IMG/VR virus record: IMGVR_UViG_3300029288_000114
Location: 1-64,000 of that record
Length of the DNA: 64,000 nt
Strand: one strand, 5' to 3'
Origin: a virus
Taxonomy: Duplodnaviria > Caudoviricetes
The notes beneath the pieces are model-generated. The model did not search any database and was not told the DNA's origin. It saw only the letters and a list, made by a program, of their open reading frames with translations. Each line of letters opens with the position of its first letter. Position 1 is the first letter of the stretch. Positions 10,350 to 19,515 of this stretch are shown piece by piece. A program made the translations under genes and the position numbers.

Positions 10350-10732
10350 TTTTCTTCTTCATCACCCCGCGACGTTTTGAAGAAAGCGTCTACGAGGTAC
10401 ATAACCTCTTGATGGGATAACGCGGCCACGTCCCCCGCCTCTGGTTTGTAGAACGTGCCGTTGTGCTGTTTACCAAGCGGCTTACCGCTGCGCACGCCAG
10501 TCCACGTCCAGTGATCGATTACATCGGCCAGAATCGGGGCGACTGACTCTTGCAATACTAGGAAGGTTTGGTCATCCTTGGTCTCGCCGAGTTTCATCAA
10601 CTCGATCATATCGGGCATTGACAGGTACGGAATAAACCATACCGCTTCGCCATCGTGCGGATGATACTCGCCGCCCTTGTAGGTGATTGCAAAGTCGCCG
10701 CAGTCGTGTTCCAGGATTGGAATGTTCTTCAT
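10319..10732 (-). CDS. Tail assembly chaperone (gpG-like)
   Basis: Lies between tail tube and tape measure, strong RBS, X XXY YYZ heptamer near the 3' end. Confidence 0.75.
   Translation of the reverse strand: MKNIPILEHDCGDFAITYKGGEYHPHDGEAVWFIPYLSMPDMIELMKLGETKDDQTFLVLQESVAPILADVIDHWTWTGVRSGKPLGKQHNGTFYKPEAGDVAALSHQEVMYLVDAFFKTSRGDEEENPQPDSSEQS
10346..10352 (-). other. -1 ribosomal frameshift slippery heptamer A AAC CCT
   Basis: In-frame X XXY YYZ pattern whose -1 frame joins the downstream ORF. Confidence 0.7.
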
Positions 10733-10759
10733 TTTGTTTCCTCGCTCCTATAGTTTGAG

Positions 10760-11542
10760 TTAGGCTAACTTAAATTGTTTGTAAATTTGATACTTTCTTT
10801 CTAGTCTAAAGCCACCGTCGCCGTATATCCAGTCGCCAAAAGCTATGGCTTTTTTGCCGCACACTTGCATTTGTGACGTTGTGCCGTTTTTGTGACGATA
10901 TACTGATGGAAACGCTGTGCCGTTTTGTGATAATTTTGATTTTAGTTCGTCGATGAAGTTGTTTGTGCCACAAAACGCAGCAACCAGCAGCTTTTTTCTT
11001 TGTACATAAAATGAGCCATCGCCATCAAAGTACCCGCGCACAAAATGTTTTATGTATCGCTCGTCTATGTTCGGCCACTCGAAGTCCCACGATTTTCTTG
11101 GATGCAACCCTAGTGCCATAAGATCGTCGTACACAGTAGGGTTGTACAATTTCCAATACACCATGTCGTCGCGGTTAGAGTGACTTATTTTGTGCGTTGA
11201 TTGTAACGTGCGCTTAATCCATTCTAGTACGGCGATGTCATGTTCGTGAATCTCGATGCCAATAGCTTTCCTGGAACTGGATAGATTGCCGTCTGCCGCC
11301 AGGAACCCTATTAGATACTCACGGCCTGGTGATGGCGTTTTGAAAAAGCTGTCATCTATAGTGTGCTTTCGGCGTACAAGATTGCGTTTTTCTTGTGTTC
11401 TGGCTATACCGGAACTAAACGCTTTCAATATGACACTCTTTTCGGTTCGCCCTACATGACGCGCTATCTCGGCTATGTCTCCGTTAGGATAATTCGCTTC
11501 GAGATAGCTTACGTCTTCTGTAGACCACCATGTTCCAGCCAT
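10760..11542 (-). mobile_element. Free-standing LAGLIDADG homing endonuclease with N-terminal Myb/HTH-like domain
   Basis: Two motifs, YLIGFLAADG and FVRGYFDGDGS. N-terminus WSTEDVSYLEANY...GRTEKSV. Confidence 0.9.
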
Positions 11543-11545
11543 ATC

Positions 11546-11947
11546 TTAAGAGGCAAATCCGACCGAGAAAATCTGGTCAGTGAACACGCCAGAGAAGTCG
11601 CCCGCCCACAGATCGCCCGGCGCAGTCGATGCACTCCACGAGCTAAACTGCGCGTTCCCGTACCAGTAGTCGGACATCGCCGTGCGCACTGGATAGATGG
11701 CAATGTTGTAGATCGTCGCGGCTGTGCCAACGGCGTAGTCGAAGATTTGCTTGCTGTCCATATCAACTAGTGCGGAACCGCTAAACTCACCGCCATAGGC
11801 GCCGACGCGCTTAATACGATACTCAGCTCCGAGGTATGCTTCATCCGCAGAATCTCGGTCAACGCTGATTTCGATATTGGTGACAAAGTTAAGTTCTGTC
11901 CCATTAATATATACAATACCTTGAAGCCCCGTCGCGAAAGTTGCCAC
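11546..11947 (-). CDS. Major tail tube protein
   Basis: 133 aa beta-rich protein upstream of the chaperones, strong AGGAG RBS. Confidence 0.7.
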   Translation of the reverse strand: MATFATGLQGIVYINGTELNFVTNIEISVDRDSADEAYLGAEYRIKRVGAYGGEFSGSALVDMDSKQIFDYAVGTAATIYNIAIYPVRTAMSDYWYGNAQFSSWSASTAPGDLWAGDFSGVFTDQIFSVGFAS

Positions 11948-11966
11948 TGTTGTTCTCCTTTTCTAC

Positions 11967-12212
11967 CTAAAATGCGCAAATTGCTTGCTGGTATATATCG
12001 TGCTTGCGTTTCATAAATATACCGCCGTCTTTATATATCCACTCGGCAAATTGGATTGCGCTCTTGTTCCAAAACCCGAACGCCGCAACTGTGGCTTTGC
12101 ACATTGTTACTTTATACGGGTTCAGATTAACGCCAATTAGATCATCTCTAAGATTGTTGAGAAACGATGGCGTGCCACTAAACACAGCAGTTAGCGCGCC
12201 GTCTCTGGCGAT
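11967..12212 (-). pseudogene. C-terminal remnant of a LAGLIDADG endonuclease
   Basis: FSGTPSFL...AIQFAEWIYKDGGIFMKRKHDIY aligns by eye with FCGTNNFI...AIAFGDWIYGDGGFRLERKYQIY of 10760-11542. In-frame TAG just upstream, no catalytic motifs. Confidence 0.75.
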
Positions 12213-12227
12213 CTACCTTATACGTAC

Positions 12228-12262
12228 ATTATCGCGTCTTTCTTACACGACTACAACCTTAA
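12228..12262 (-). promoter_or_regulatory. Putative late promoter TTAAGGTT-N21-GATAAT (tail operon)
   Basis: Same motif and spacing as the other structural-operon promoters. Confidence 0.6.
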
Positions 12263-12271
12263 CAATCTTGG

Positions 12272-13354
12272 TTAGAGGAACGATTGCGCCACAACTTTTG
12301 CTCTTTCGATATATGAATGTGGTTTAACTAATTTGCGCAATTCTTCCCCGATCTCGCGGCGCTCTTTCTCGCGGGGCAACCAGTAGTGGATCAAATCGTT
12401 AAGTTGTTCGGGGGTGGTGAATGACGGGACTAGATCGCCGAATACCGCTTTGAGTTCTGGTCTGTATTCGCTAATCATAAACCCACCACACGCCGCAATC
12501 TCGTATACGCGCGGCGAGATTGATTCTGCTTCAGGGACGCGCATCTTCCCATCATAGTCTATCGAGACGCGGTTTAGGTTAATCGAAATCTTTGCGCCGT
12601 TATATAGGATCGCGGCTTGCTCGTTAGCGATCTCGGTGTCTTTGTAGTACGGCGCAAGTGGATGCTCGTCTGGAATCTGGTAGTAACCATAGAACTCGAA
12701 GTCAATACCAGACCAATCTACACCTTCTAGCATTCTGACACGCTCGGGGAATCCGCTACCTACAAAGATAACGTCGTGGCGCATATTCTCTGGTACAGCT
12801 ACAGGGAAATGCACGTTGGTATTGTATGCGCCTGGAAGATATGGCAGTTCCAACATGCGTGCCGAGACGAGATCGTTAGCAAACATTGTGTGTGTATATT
12901 CGCGTAATACGCCAACCGATTTATCCTGGTACGGGCACTCGGTACTAATCGTTGTGGTATGAAAACCCATCCGCCTAAACCATTCCCATCCCGCCTTGTG
13001 AATGTTTGTGCCGTCAATAATTACTAACTCGTCAGGCTCGGTTTCCATAATCTTCATCACTAGATTAAGCGATGCTGATAGCACTACGTCCTTTGCGTCG
13101 AATTGCCAGTTCTTGTTGCCCTGTACGATCCCAAAGAATCTCGCGTACTCAGACCACTGCCGAAACAGGGCGTGGTACGGGACTTCCTGGACGCTGTATC
13201 CAAGCATCCGAAATGCGTGCGCGTATCCTTTCCAGACATCATAGTTTGATGTCGGCTGTGCGCCGCTAACTAAAGCTATTACTTTTTGTCGCATAAGTTT
13301 ATCCTTTCTTGTGCGCTTGACATATTTATCGCTTACCCCAAACCCTCTAGCCAT
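12272..13354 (-). CDS. CgeB-like GT-B glycosyltransferase
   Basis: DVIFVGS..PER, YNGAKISINL, SPRVYEIAACGGF, HSYIERAK motifs. Confidence 0.88.
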   Translation of the reverse strand: MARGFGVSDKYVKRTRKDKLMRQKVIALVSGAQPTSNYDVWKGYAHAFRMLGYSVQEVPYHALFRQWSEYARFFGIVQGNKNWQFDAKDVVLSASLNLVMKIMETEPDELVIIDGTNIHKAGWEWFRRMGFHTTTISTECPYQDKSVGVLREYTHTMFANDLVSARMLELPYLPGAYNTNVHFPVAVPENMRHDVIFVGSGFPERVRMLEGVDWSGIDFEFYGYYQIPDEHPLAPYYKDTEIANEQAAILYNGAKISINLNRVSIDYDGKMRVPEAESISPRVYEIAACGGFMISEYRPELKAVFGDLVPSFTTPEQLNDLIHYWLPREKERREIGEELRKLVKPHSYIERAKVVAQSFL

Positions 13355-14109
13355 GTGCCATACTCAGGGCAGAATCCGTGAATCTCGGCGAATAATCTGC
13401 GGTTAATACTTCTCCCGTGGAGCCATTCATAGAATGGCTCCTTTCCTTTCTCTCGTCTATCCCAAGCACTTCCCCCATGCGGTTGATGAACAGCAATTAC
13501 TTCTCTGTCAAAATAAAACCACACCCCGGCGTTGTGTATCTGCCTACTCATGCAAATATCTTCAAATCCATAACGTATCCCGTAAGCAGGATTTAACCTC
13601 ACATTCGTCCACGTCGGGTAACTAAAGCTATGCCCACTACCATACCGCCAGCGTCCGCGAATCGGCGTAACATTCGAGTCCATTAATCGTTCCCACATAT
13701 CATTCTCTTGTTTCGCGTCATCGTCGGAAAACGCGCCCAATACTTTATTGTACACAGCAATGGGATAATCATAACGAGCATGCCAGTCCGCGTGTGCCGA
13801 TAGCATATTAGGCGGCAAGACCATATCGTCTTGTGTCATATAGATGATGTCTCCGGTAGCCATGTCTAGCGCGATATTATTGCACGCCGCACGCCCGCGC
13901 GGGCCGTCGTGGTCAAACGATTGCAAATGTACGGGGACTTTTGCGGGGTACGCCTCGATGATGTTGGTTATCTCGGCATCGTCCGTCTCGGTGACAGAGA
14001 TGCAGATTTCGTAATCGTCATAGTCCTGAGCGATTATCGATTGCCAACAGTTCTCGAACAGGTCTGACTTGCGATCTAATGCTGACAGAACGACAGAAAT
14101 GTGGGGCAT
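13333..14109 (-). CDS. GT2 glycosyltransferase
   Basis: ISVVLS...SIIAQDY, ACNNIAL..ATGDII..QDD, YGFED motifs. Confidence 0.88.
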   Translation of the reverse strand: MPHISVVLSALDRKSDLFENCWQSIIAQDYDDYEICISVTETDDAEITNIIEAYPAKVPVHLQSFDHDGPRGRAACNNIALDMATGDIIYMTQDDMVLPPNMLSAHADWHARYDYPIAVYNKVLGAFSDDDAKQENDMWERLMDSNVTPIRGRWRYGSGHSFSYPTWTNVRLNPAYGIRYGFEDICMSRQIHNAGVWFYFDREVIAVHQPHGGSAWDRREKGKEPFYEWLHGRSINRRLFAEIHGFCPEYGTWLEGLG

Positions 14110-14749
14110 AGTATTCCTTCCATAAAGCTAGGTATACCCTAAACCAATCCGCGTAGGTGTTTGCCTTGAGCGTGCTGGTGGTTGGGCTTCTATATGGTAT
14201 TGTAGTTGTGTTAATTGTACAGCCTTTGTGGTGCATCCTTACCAGCATTTCCATCTGGAAGGCGTGCGCCGTTTCTGCAATCGTATTAAAATCTATACTG
14301 GCTAGGTTATATAACCTTAAACCGCAAGTAGCGTCGCTTAGGCGTGCCCCAAGAAATGACATTGCGAACGACGCGATGTTTGAGTTGACTCTGCGTGGCG
14401 TTACTTCTAGGAACTTGCGCTGTGCGATAACCATATCGGCGTCGTCAGCCGCCATTAGTAAATAGTCAATCCAGCGCGGATCGAAGTTGTCTCCGGCATC
14501 TGTTGTCACTGCATATTTATATCCCAGATCGTTTGCGTATTTCAGCGCAGAGATGTATTTGATGCCCAGGAAACCGCGTGGAAGTTCTGGAATAGTAATA
14601 ACGCGCGCGCCTACCCCAAACGCGATAGCTTTGGTATTATCTGTGCTGTCGTCCAGCAATATAGGATCACAATATCCAGGCAGTCCTTTTAGAAAACTGC
14701 CTATCTTTTCTTGTTCGTTGTAGGTGAGGATAATTGTGGCTATGTTCAT
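14018..14749 (-). CDS. GT2 glycosyltransferase, DPM1/polyprenol-phosphate glycosyltransferase-like
   Basis: IILTYNEQEKI, LDDSTDNT, TTDAGD, SDATCGLRLY, AFQMEM motifs. Confidence 0.85.
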   Translation of the reverse strand: MNIATIILTYNEQEKIGSFLKGLPGYCDPILLDDSTDNTKAIAFGVGARVITIPELPRGFLGIKYISALKYANDLGYKYAVTTDAGDNFDPRWIDYLLMAADDADMVIAQRKFLEVTPRRVNSNIASFAMSFLGARLSDATCGLRLYNLASIDFNTIAETAHAFQMEMLVRMHHKGCTINTTTIPYRSPTTSTLKANTYADWFRVYLALWKEYYAPHFCRSVSIRSQVRPVRELLAIDNRSGL

Positions 14750-15243
14750 GGGATTGGTAGCGGGCTTGACTCTGTAGTTCTGACTAGCATATCCAGCGCC
14801 TCAACGATCCTGGTTTCAACCGTCAGGTCGCGGTAGCGGTAATACGGGCCACCGCCCTCGCGGAACATATAATTAGGCGCTGATGCTCCGGTAACGCGGC
14901 ACGATACAACTGCGCCGTTCAGTGTATTGTCAGCGTCCAGTATAGTGCGTACTAATCGCACATAAGTCCGCAGGTCTTCGCCGGTATCGTCTTTGTGATT
15001 TTGTTTTACTAGAACACGCAATACAAACGTATAGGTTACGCTTTGCCCGACTCCCATATACGCATACTGTGCGCCCTCGGCGTTAGCAATAGAGCCTTCG
15101 GTAATGATTACGCCGTGATCCGGCCCGGCATTAAGCATCTCGTAGCTAACTACGCCAACGTTTTTGTCGGTGTAGTATTCTGAATACTCTTTTAATGTTG
15201 CCGCAATTTGCAACATTATGGACGATTCATCATTAACTGTCAT
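14746..15243 (-). CDS. Tail terminator / neck protein (putative)
   Basis: Size and position after the gp10-like gene. Confidence 0.55.
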   Translation of the reverse strand: MTVNDESSIMLQIAATLKEYSEYYTDKNVGVVSYEMLNAGPDHGVIITEGSIANAEGAQYAYMGVGQSVTYTFVLRVLVKQNHKDDTGEDLRTYVRLVRTILDADNTLNGAVVSCRVTGASAPNYMFREGGGPYYRYRDLTVETRIVEALDMLVRTTESSPLPIP

Positions 15244-15791
15244 TGTTCTCCTATCGATGCCACCACTTGGGTTAGTGTGTTTTCGGCGATGCTTTTTAAG
15301 ACCTGTTGACCGTCTGGTGATTTGAGTGTTTCTTCAGCAAAGGGCCAGCCTTTTGTGCCGCGATGTTCCTCTTGATAAACAGATGTGCCTTTTTCGTGGA
15401 TGAACCATTGGATTGTGCGTGCTTTATTTGCCGGTATTCCACGAGCAGACATCCATCCGCTAAGTGTTTCCAGAGGCACCCACTGTGTTCCTGGCGTTCC
15501 ACCTTTCCATATCGCCCACACTTTTCCGGGATCAGAAATGTCACCTGCGATATTTGGCCCGACAATTAGTTCGGAGTCGCTTCCAGATCGCTCGACCGTA
15601 TACCAGATAGACGATTCCATATTGCCGGTATAGCGCCTGTCAGACAGGATGCGTTTTTCAATGTTTGCTAGTACTTGTCCAGCTCTGGACAACTCGCGGT
15701 CAGCCACGTCGCGTGCGTAGTCCGGCATCCGTAAGAGCCGCACTAGCACGTTGATTAGTTCGAGACCGTCAAACTCAATAGACTGAATCAT
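15240..15791 (-). CDS. HK97 gp10-like tail completion protein
   Basis: YTGNMESSI, WVPLETLSGW...I..KGT..PF pattern, plus position. Confidence 0.65.
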   Translation of the reverse strand: MIQSIEFDGLELINVLVRLLRMPDYARDVADRELSRAGQVLANIEKRILSDRRYTGNMESSIWYTVERSGSDSELIVGPNIAGDISDPGKVWAIWKGGTPGTQWVPLETLSGWMSARGIPANKARTIQWFIHEKGTSVYQEEHRGTKGWPFAEETLKSPDGQQVLKSIAENTLTQVVASIGEQ

Positions 15792-15794
15792 GCT

Positions 15795-16796
15795 TTAATG
15801 CCTGAACATATCTACTTTGAAAAGCGGCTGAATTAACGTATCATCATCCGCGTAGGCATCCCGTTCTTCAACCAAGATACTGCCAGCAGATACGGCTTCT
15901 GCTCCAGATGCGGTACCGCCAGTCTCAATGGCTTTAATAGATGTGGTTATACTTCCGCCTTCGGTAAGGTCTTTAACCAGAGTGTTACACACGGCCTTGA
16001 ACGCTGCGGCGCGAGTATCGCTATTCTCTGCGCGGAATCCGGCTGTCATTTGTGTCATTTCGCATTGCTGTGCGACACAGTTATTCGCATACAGTTTGAT
16101 AACCGATATGCCAGAATCACTAATTGGCGGCTCTAACCCAACACCTTTTAGTAGACCGTCCAGCATCTCGGCAACGTCGTCCTGGAAATCTACCACCTCA
16201 GTAATGGTTGGAATTGTGTCTGCGGTATATTTGCCGCTTGAAGACTTTGTAAGAGACTTGGTTAGTGCCTCTACTTGCTGTAGACTGGAATAGAAGCCAG
16301 ACGTGCGCGTGCTCGTGTACACAGAGAAGTCGAAAACGGTTGTGGGGGATATTGCAGACCACGTTGCAGAAGCATACTCGCTGGCAGAGCCTTTTGTATA
16401 ATACGGGTCGGTCTGGTCTGCACCAACAGAAACATAATTACTTGCGTCTGCAGTGTATGCAGTTGAGGTTCTAACAACAAGGTGATATGTCTCGTTCCCT
16501 GTCAGAACGGGGCGCGCGTCAACATCAAAGTCGATGGCGGTCAATCCCGCTGTTATCCCGCTAATCAACACGGGATTGCTTGTGCCACTATCAATAACTT
16601 CGCCATTCGGCAATCCGTCGCTGTCCTCTTGAATCTCGACATAGAGATACCCGCCCGGATCGCCCGTTACAGTCAAATACAAATACACACGCCCAACCGG
16701 AATATCGCGTGTTGATTTGAAACTTTGCGCCAGTTGGGTGTTTGTTGTATCTATATCAACGTCTGTATTGTATGTGCTGTAACTTGTAATTAGCAT
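15795..16796 (-). CDS. Head-tail connector fused to an N-terminal beta-sandwich domain
   Basis: C-terminal half YSSLQQVEAL...IPTITEV...MLDGLL resembles helical adaptors. N-terminal LAQSF...VEIQEDSDGLP..YHLVV resembles choice-of-anchor R-like domains. Confidence 0.55.
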   Translation of the reverse strand: MLITSYSTYNTDVDIDTTNTQLAQSFKSTRDIPVGRVYLYLTVTGDPGGYLYVEIQEDSDGLPNGEVIDSGTSNPVLISGITAGLTAIDFDVDARPVLTGNETYHLVVRTSTAYTADASNYVSVGADQTDPYYTKGSASEYASATWSAISPTTVFDFSVYTSTRTSGFYSSLQQVEALTKSLTKSSSGKYTADTIPTITEVVDFQDDVAEMLDGLLKGVGLEPPISDSGISVIKLYANNCVAQQCEMTQMTAGFRAENSDTRAAAFKAVCNTLVKDLTEGGSITTSIKAIETGGTASGAEAVSAGSILVEERDAYADDDTLIQPLFKVDMFRH

Positions 16797-17639
16797 CTAT
16801 CTCGCCTCGTCGGGTACGTATCCTAAAACTTCCATCGCTTTGCGCGGACTAATCAATGAATCCGCATTGGATTTAACCGCTTTCTTTTTTAACTTGCCTG
16901 GATACTCGGAGTCGCAAAAGTCGAAGATGTCAATTCCGTCCGGCACATAACGATCAACAATATTAAATGGCTCGTACCAGAATTCCAACGGAGACTCTGC
17001 GGCAAGTACAATCGCCTCTGCCGCCTTGTCTGGATTGACATTTGCCCACATACATCCACGCCGATAGTCGCCATACGGGACTTTTCTCCAATCGATAGGA
17101 GTGCCGGGATATTGTTGGCGTTTGTAATTCGCTGGCCCAAAGCGCAACGCGACAGTTTGCATCATATGATTCGTGCCATAATAAGCCAGCACTTGCTCTG
17201 CCATTACTTTGCTAAACGGATAGTGCTTGATCCCGCCAACAGACCGCCCCGGAACTGCAATCGGGTGTTTCTCGTCAATCGGCAAATAATCGGGTTCCAA
17301 CTTCCCATTGATGTCAGCGCCGTAATACGCGGTACTAGATGCGTAGATCATTCGCCTCACGCCAGCGTTGTGCGCCGCCTCTGCCACATTCGCTGTGCCA
17401 ACTACATTGGCGTATAAGTATGCCTCGAATGGCCTGTTGTCTGGGTGAGGAATACCCGCCAGATGGACAACGACATCAACGCCAGACATTTTATCTGCAA
17501 GATGTTGCTTGTTAAGAATGTCGTTCCCTGAGCGAATATCGAATCCAACAACTTCGTGGCTTTGTACCAGCAAATTGTATGCTCGATGCCCAATATGCCC
17601 CTGATGCCCTGTAATAAGAATCTTCACGTTTAGTTCCAC
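16797..17639 (-). CDS. NAD-dependent epimerase/dehydratase (extended SDR)
   Basis: ITGHQGHIG, VVHLAG, ASSTAYYG, YPFSK motifs. Confidence 0.92.
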   Translation of the reverse strand: MELNVKILITGHQGHIGHRAYNLLVQSHEVVGFDIRSGNDILNKQHLADKMSGVDVVVHLAGIPHPDNRPFEAYLYANVVGTANVAEAAHNAGVRRMIYASSTAYYGADINGKLEPDYLPIDEKHPIAVPGRSVGGIKHYPFSKVMAEQVLAYYGTNHMMQTVALRFGPANYKRQQYPGTPIDWRKVPYGDYRRGCMWANVNPDKAAEAIVLAAESPLEFWYEPFNIVDRYVPDGIDIFDFCDSEYPGKLKKKAVKSNADSLISPRKAMEVLGYVPDEAR

Positions 17640-18067
17640 CTGATATATTCATCAAATGACATTGGAGTAAACACCGGCGCTTGCCCCAGATCGCAAATCT
17701 GTTGTGTCAAATCTTTGATGTTGCGCAGTAGATAGCGGATATAGGACTGATACGCCTCTTCGCGCCGTGCCTGTTCCTCGATCAGTTTCTCTTGGTCTTT
17801 CTTGAAGCTCTCCATTTCCTCTTTGAGAGATTTCGATTCTGCACGCGCTGCGGCGGTGTCTTTTGTCAACTCGTCTATATATACGCCTTGTTGTTGCAAC
17901 CAGTCTTTTGCCTGTTTAACAATTTCATTAGACAGCGCGCTATCTGCCTGTTGCTTTTCTTTCGCTATATCGGCTTTGACTTTCTTGATTGTAACAACGC
18001 TGCCGATTAGACCTCCTATGGCGACTACCAGCCCGCTGATTAAGGAGATTATGTTTATGTCGCCCAT
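17630..18067 (-). CDS. Membrane-anchored coiled-coil protein (possibly lysis-related)
   Basis: Start reassigned to the ATG after an AAGGA RBS. One N-terminal TM helix, then coiled coil. Confidence 0.5.
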   Translation of the reverse strand: MGDINIISLISGLVVAIGGLIGSVVTIKKVKADIAKEKQQADSALSNEIVKQAKDWLQQQGVYIDELTKDTAAARAESKSLKEEMESFKKDQEKLIEEQARREEAYQSYIRYLLRNIKDLTQQICDLGQAPVFTPMSFDEYIRWN

Positions 18068-18068
18068 A

Positions 18069-18374
18069 TTATTCCTTTTTATTTGAGCCAGCATTTCTGT
18101 GTGCCTTATCGATGCCATTAAGCAACACTGGCTTCTCGGTGTTATAAAATGCGAATACGGCCAATGCGTGAAATCCCAAAAGCGCGCTCCATTCATTTAG
18201 CACTCTGGACGGGGCATTTAGCAAAAAATACTCGACATAAAAAAGTAATATTCCAACTCCATATGTGCCTATAATTATGTCTATGCCATGCTTCCTCTTA
18301 CGGTACAACAATATCGACATAATCACTACGTATATTGCAGCCACAATGCGCGCGTACCGCAAGAATTCAAGCAT
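18069..18374 (-). CDS. Small 3-TM membrane protein
   Basis: Three hydrophobic segments, operon-coupled. Confidence 0.55.
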   Translation of the reverse strand: MLEFLRYARIVAAIYVVIMSILLYRKRKHGIDIIIGTYGVGILLFYVEYFLLNAPSRVLNEWSALLGFHALAVFAFYNTEKPVLLNGIDKAHRNAGSNKKE

Positions 18375-18375
18375 C

Positions 18376-18678
18376 TCATCCCCCCAATATAACAGTCACC
18401 GTCGCGTTGGATGTGTCTTTGCTAATCATCTTGATGCGCGCGACGTCGCCCCGAACTACAAGATGCTCGCCAGCCGCAATCGGGACTCCTAGCGTCGTGG
18501 TAGGATTCGTGCCTTCCCATGTTACTACGACGCCATTCGTATTTGCTACGACTGTTGCTTCATATGCACGCATCAAGTTTGCAGTCGAGAAATCAAATGG
18601 AGATGTGCCCAGTGCGATTACGGATGTGCCAACCGTGCCGTTTTTAGCTGCGACAAAAGCTGTATTTGTATGTGCCAT
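18376..18678 (-). CDS. Small beta-rich putative virion protein
   Basis: Thr/Val/Gly-rich 100 aa protein in the late operon. Confidence 0.45.
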   Translation of the reverse strand: MAHTNTAFVAAKNGTVGTSVIALGTSPFDFSTANLMRAYEATVVANTNGVVVTWEGTNPTTTLGVPIAAGEHLVVRGDVARIKMISKDTSNATVTVILGG

Positions 18679-19389
18679 TTATTTGCTCTCCAGTTCCCAT
18701 TTGCCTATCTGCATAAAATCATGTAGGGTTACATCGTAATGGGCAAGATGCCCAATGATATTTGCCATATCCACGTAGATTGGAATCCCTTCTAGCGCGC
18801 ACAATCGCGAGAAGTATACGTCCTCACCAACATCTGCGGCGTGTCCGCCAAATATATCGCTATATTTATCAAATAGATGTTGCAAAACATCGCGGCGAAT
18901 AAGCACCCCGCCAAAGCCGAGTACGTCCACTTGTAAAAGCGTATCGCCATATGTGTCAATGATTTGTGGCTCTGCTTTTAACTGTACTTTGCGCTCGATC
19001 ATCCAGTCGCGAATTTCCTGTGATGCGGAGTAACAGCTTTGCATCTCTTCGTTTGCCCACTTAAACGCCACCGCTTCCGGCACACCGCGCCTCTTGAAGT
19101 ATAGTGCGCCGATGACTGGTACGTTGTGTTTAAGCAACCGCCACACCGTTTCTTCGTGCAGCATATTGTCTGAGTCCACAAAGCACAGGTGCGTTGCGCC
19201 TTCCATCGAGAGGAACTTTTGTGTAATGCGTAGCCGCCCCTCGCGAATGTAAGTGGGCGCGTCGTGGATCATCCCAACCGCGATCCCTTTTGACACAAGG
19301 TATCTTTGCGCCTCTAGTACGCTGTCAATGTGCTCCCAATATGCCATACGCTCGCGGCATGTCCCGAAAATTACTACCGGCTCTGTCAT
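18679..19389 (-). CDS. GT-A fold (GT2-like) glycosyltransferase
   Basis: THLCFVDSD (DxD), VIGALY, GFGGVLIRRDV, GEDVYF, IGH motifs. Confidence 0.85.
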   Translation of the reverse strand: MTEPVVIFGTCRERMAYWEHIDSVLEAQRYLVSKGIAVGMIHDAPTYIREGRLRITQKFLSMEGATHLCFVDSDNMLHEETVWRLLKHNVPVIGALYFKRRGVPEAVAFKWANEEMQSCYSASQEIRDWMIERKVQLKAEPQIIDTYGDTLLQVDVLGFGGVLIRRDVLQHLFDKYSDIFGGHAADVGEDVYFSRLCALEGIPIYVDMANIIGHLAHYDVTLHDFMQIGKWELESK

Positions 19390-19420
19390 AGGGGCTGTGT
19401 CCTTTCCTCTACGCTAAACT

Positions 19421-19468
19421 AAAAAACCTTCTGCCATTTGCGATCCATTATAGGTTCTGGCAGAAGGT
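19421..19468 (-). terminator. Intrinsic terminator-like hairpin at the end of the capsid operon
   Basis: 11-bp perfect stem ACCTTCTGCCA/TGGCAGAAGGT, 21-nt loop, T-tract on the minus strand. Confidence 0.55.
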
Positions 19469-19481
19469 GTTCAAACCTTGA
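19447..19481 (-). promoter_or_regulatory. Putative late promoter TCAAGGTT-N21-TATAAT
   Basis: Consensus -10 with the shared upstream octamer at 21 bp. Confidence 0.65.
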
Positions 19482-19515
19482 TCGCGCCCAGATGTAGGCG
19501 CCGTGCTTGTTCGGA

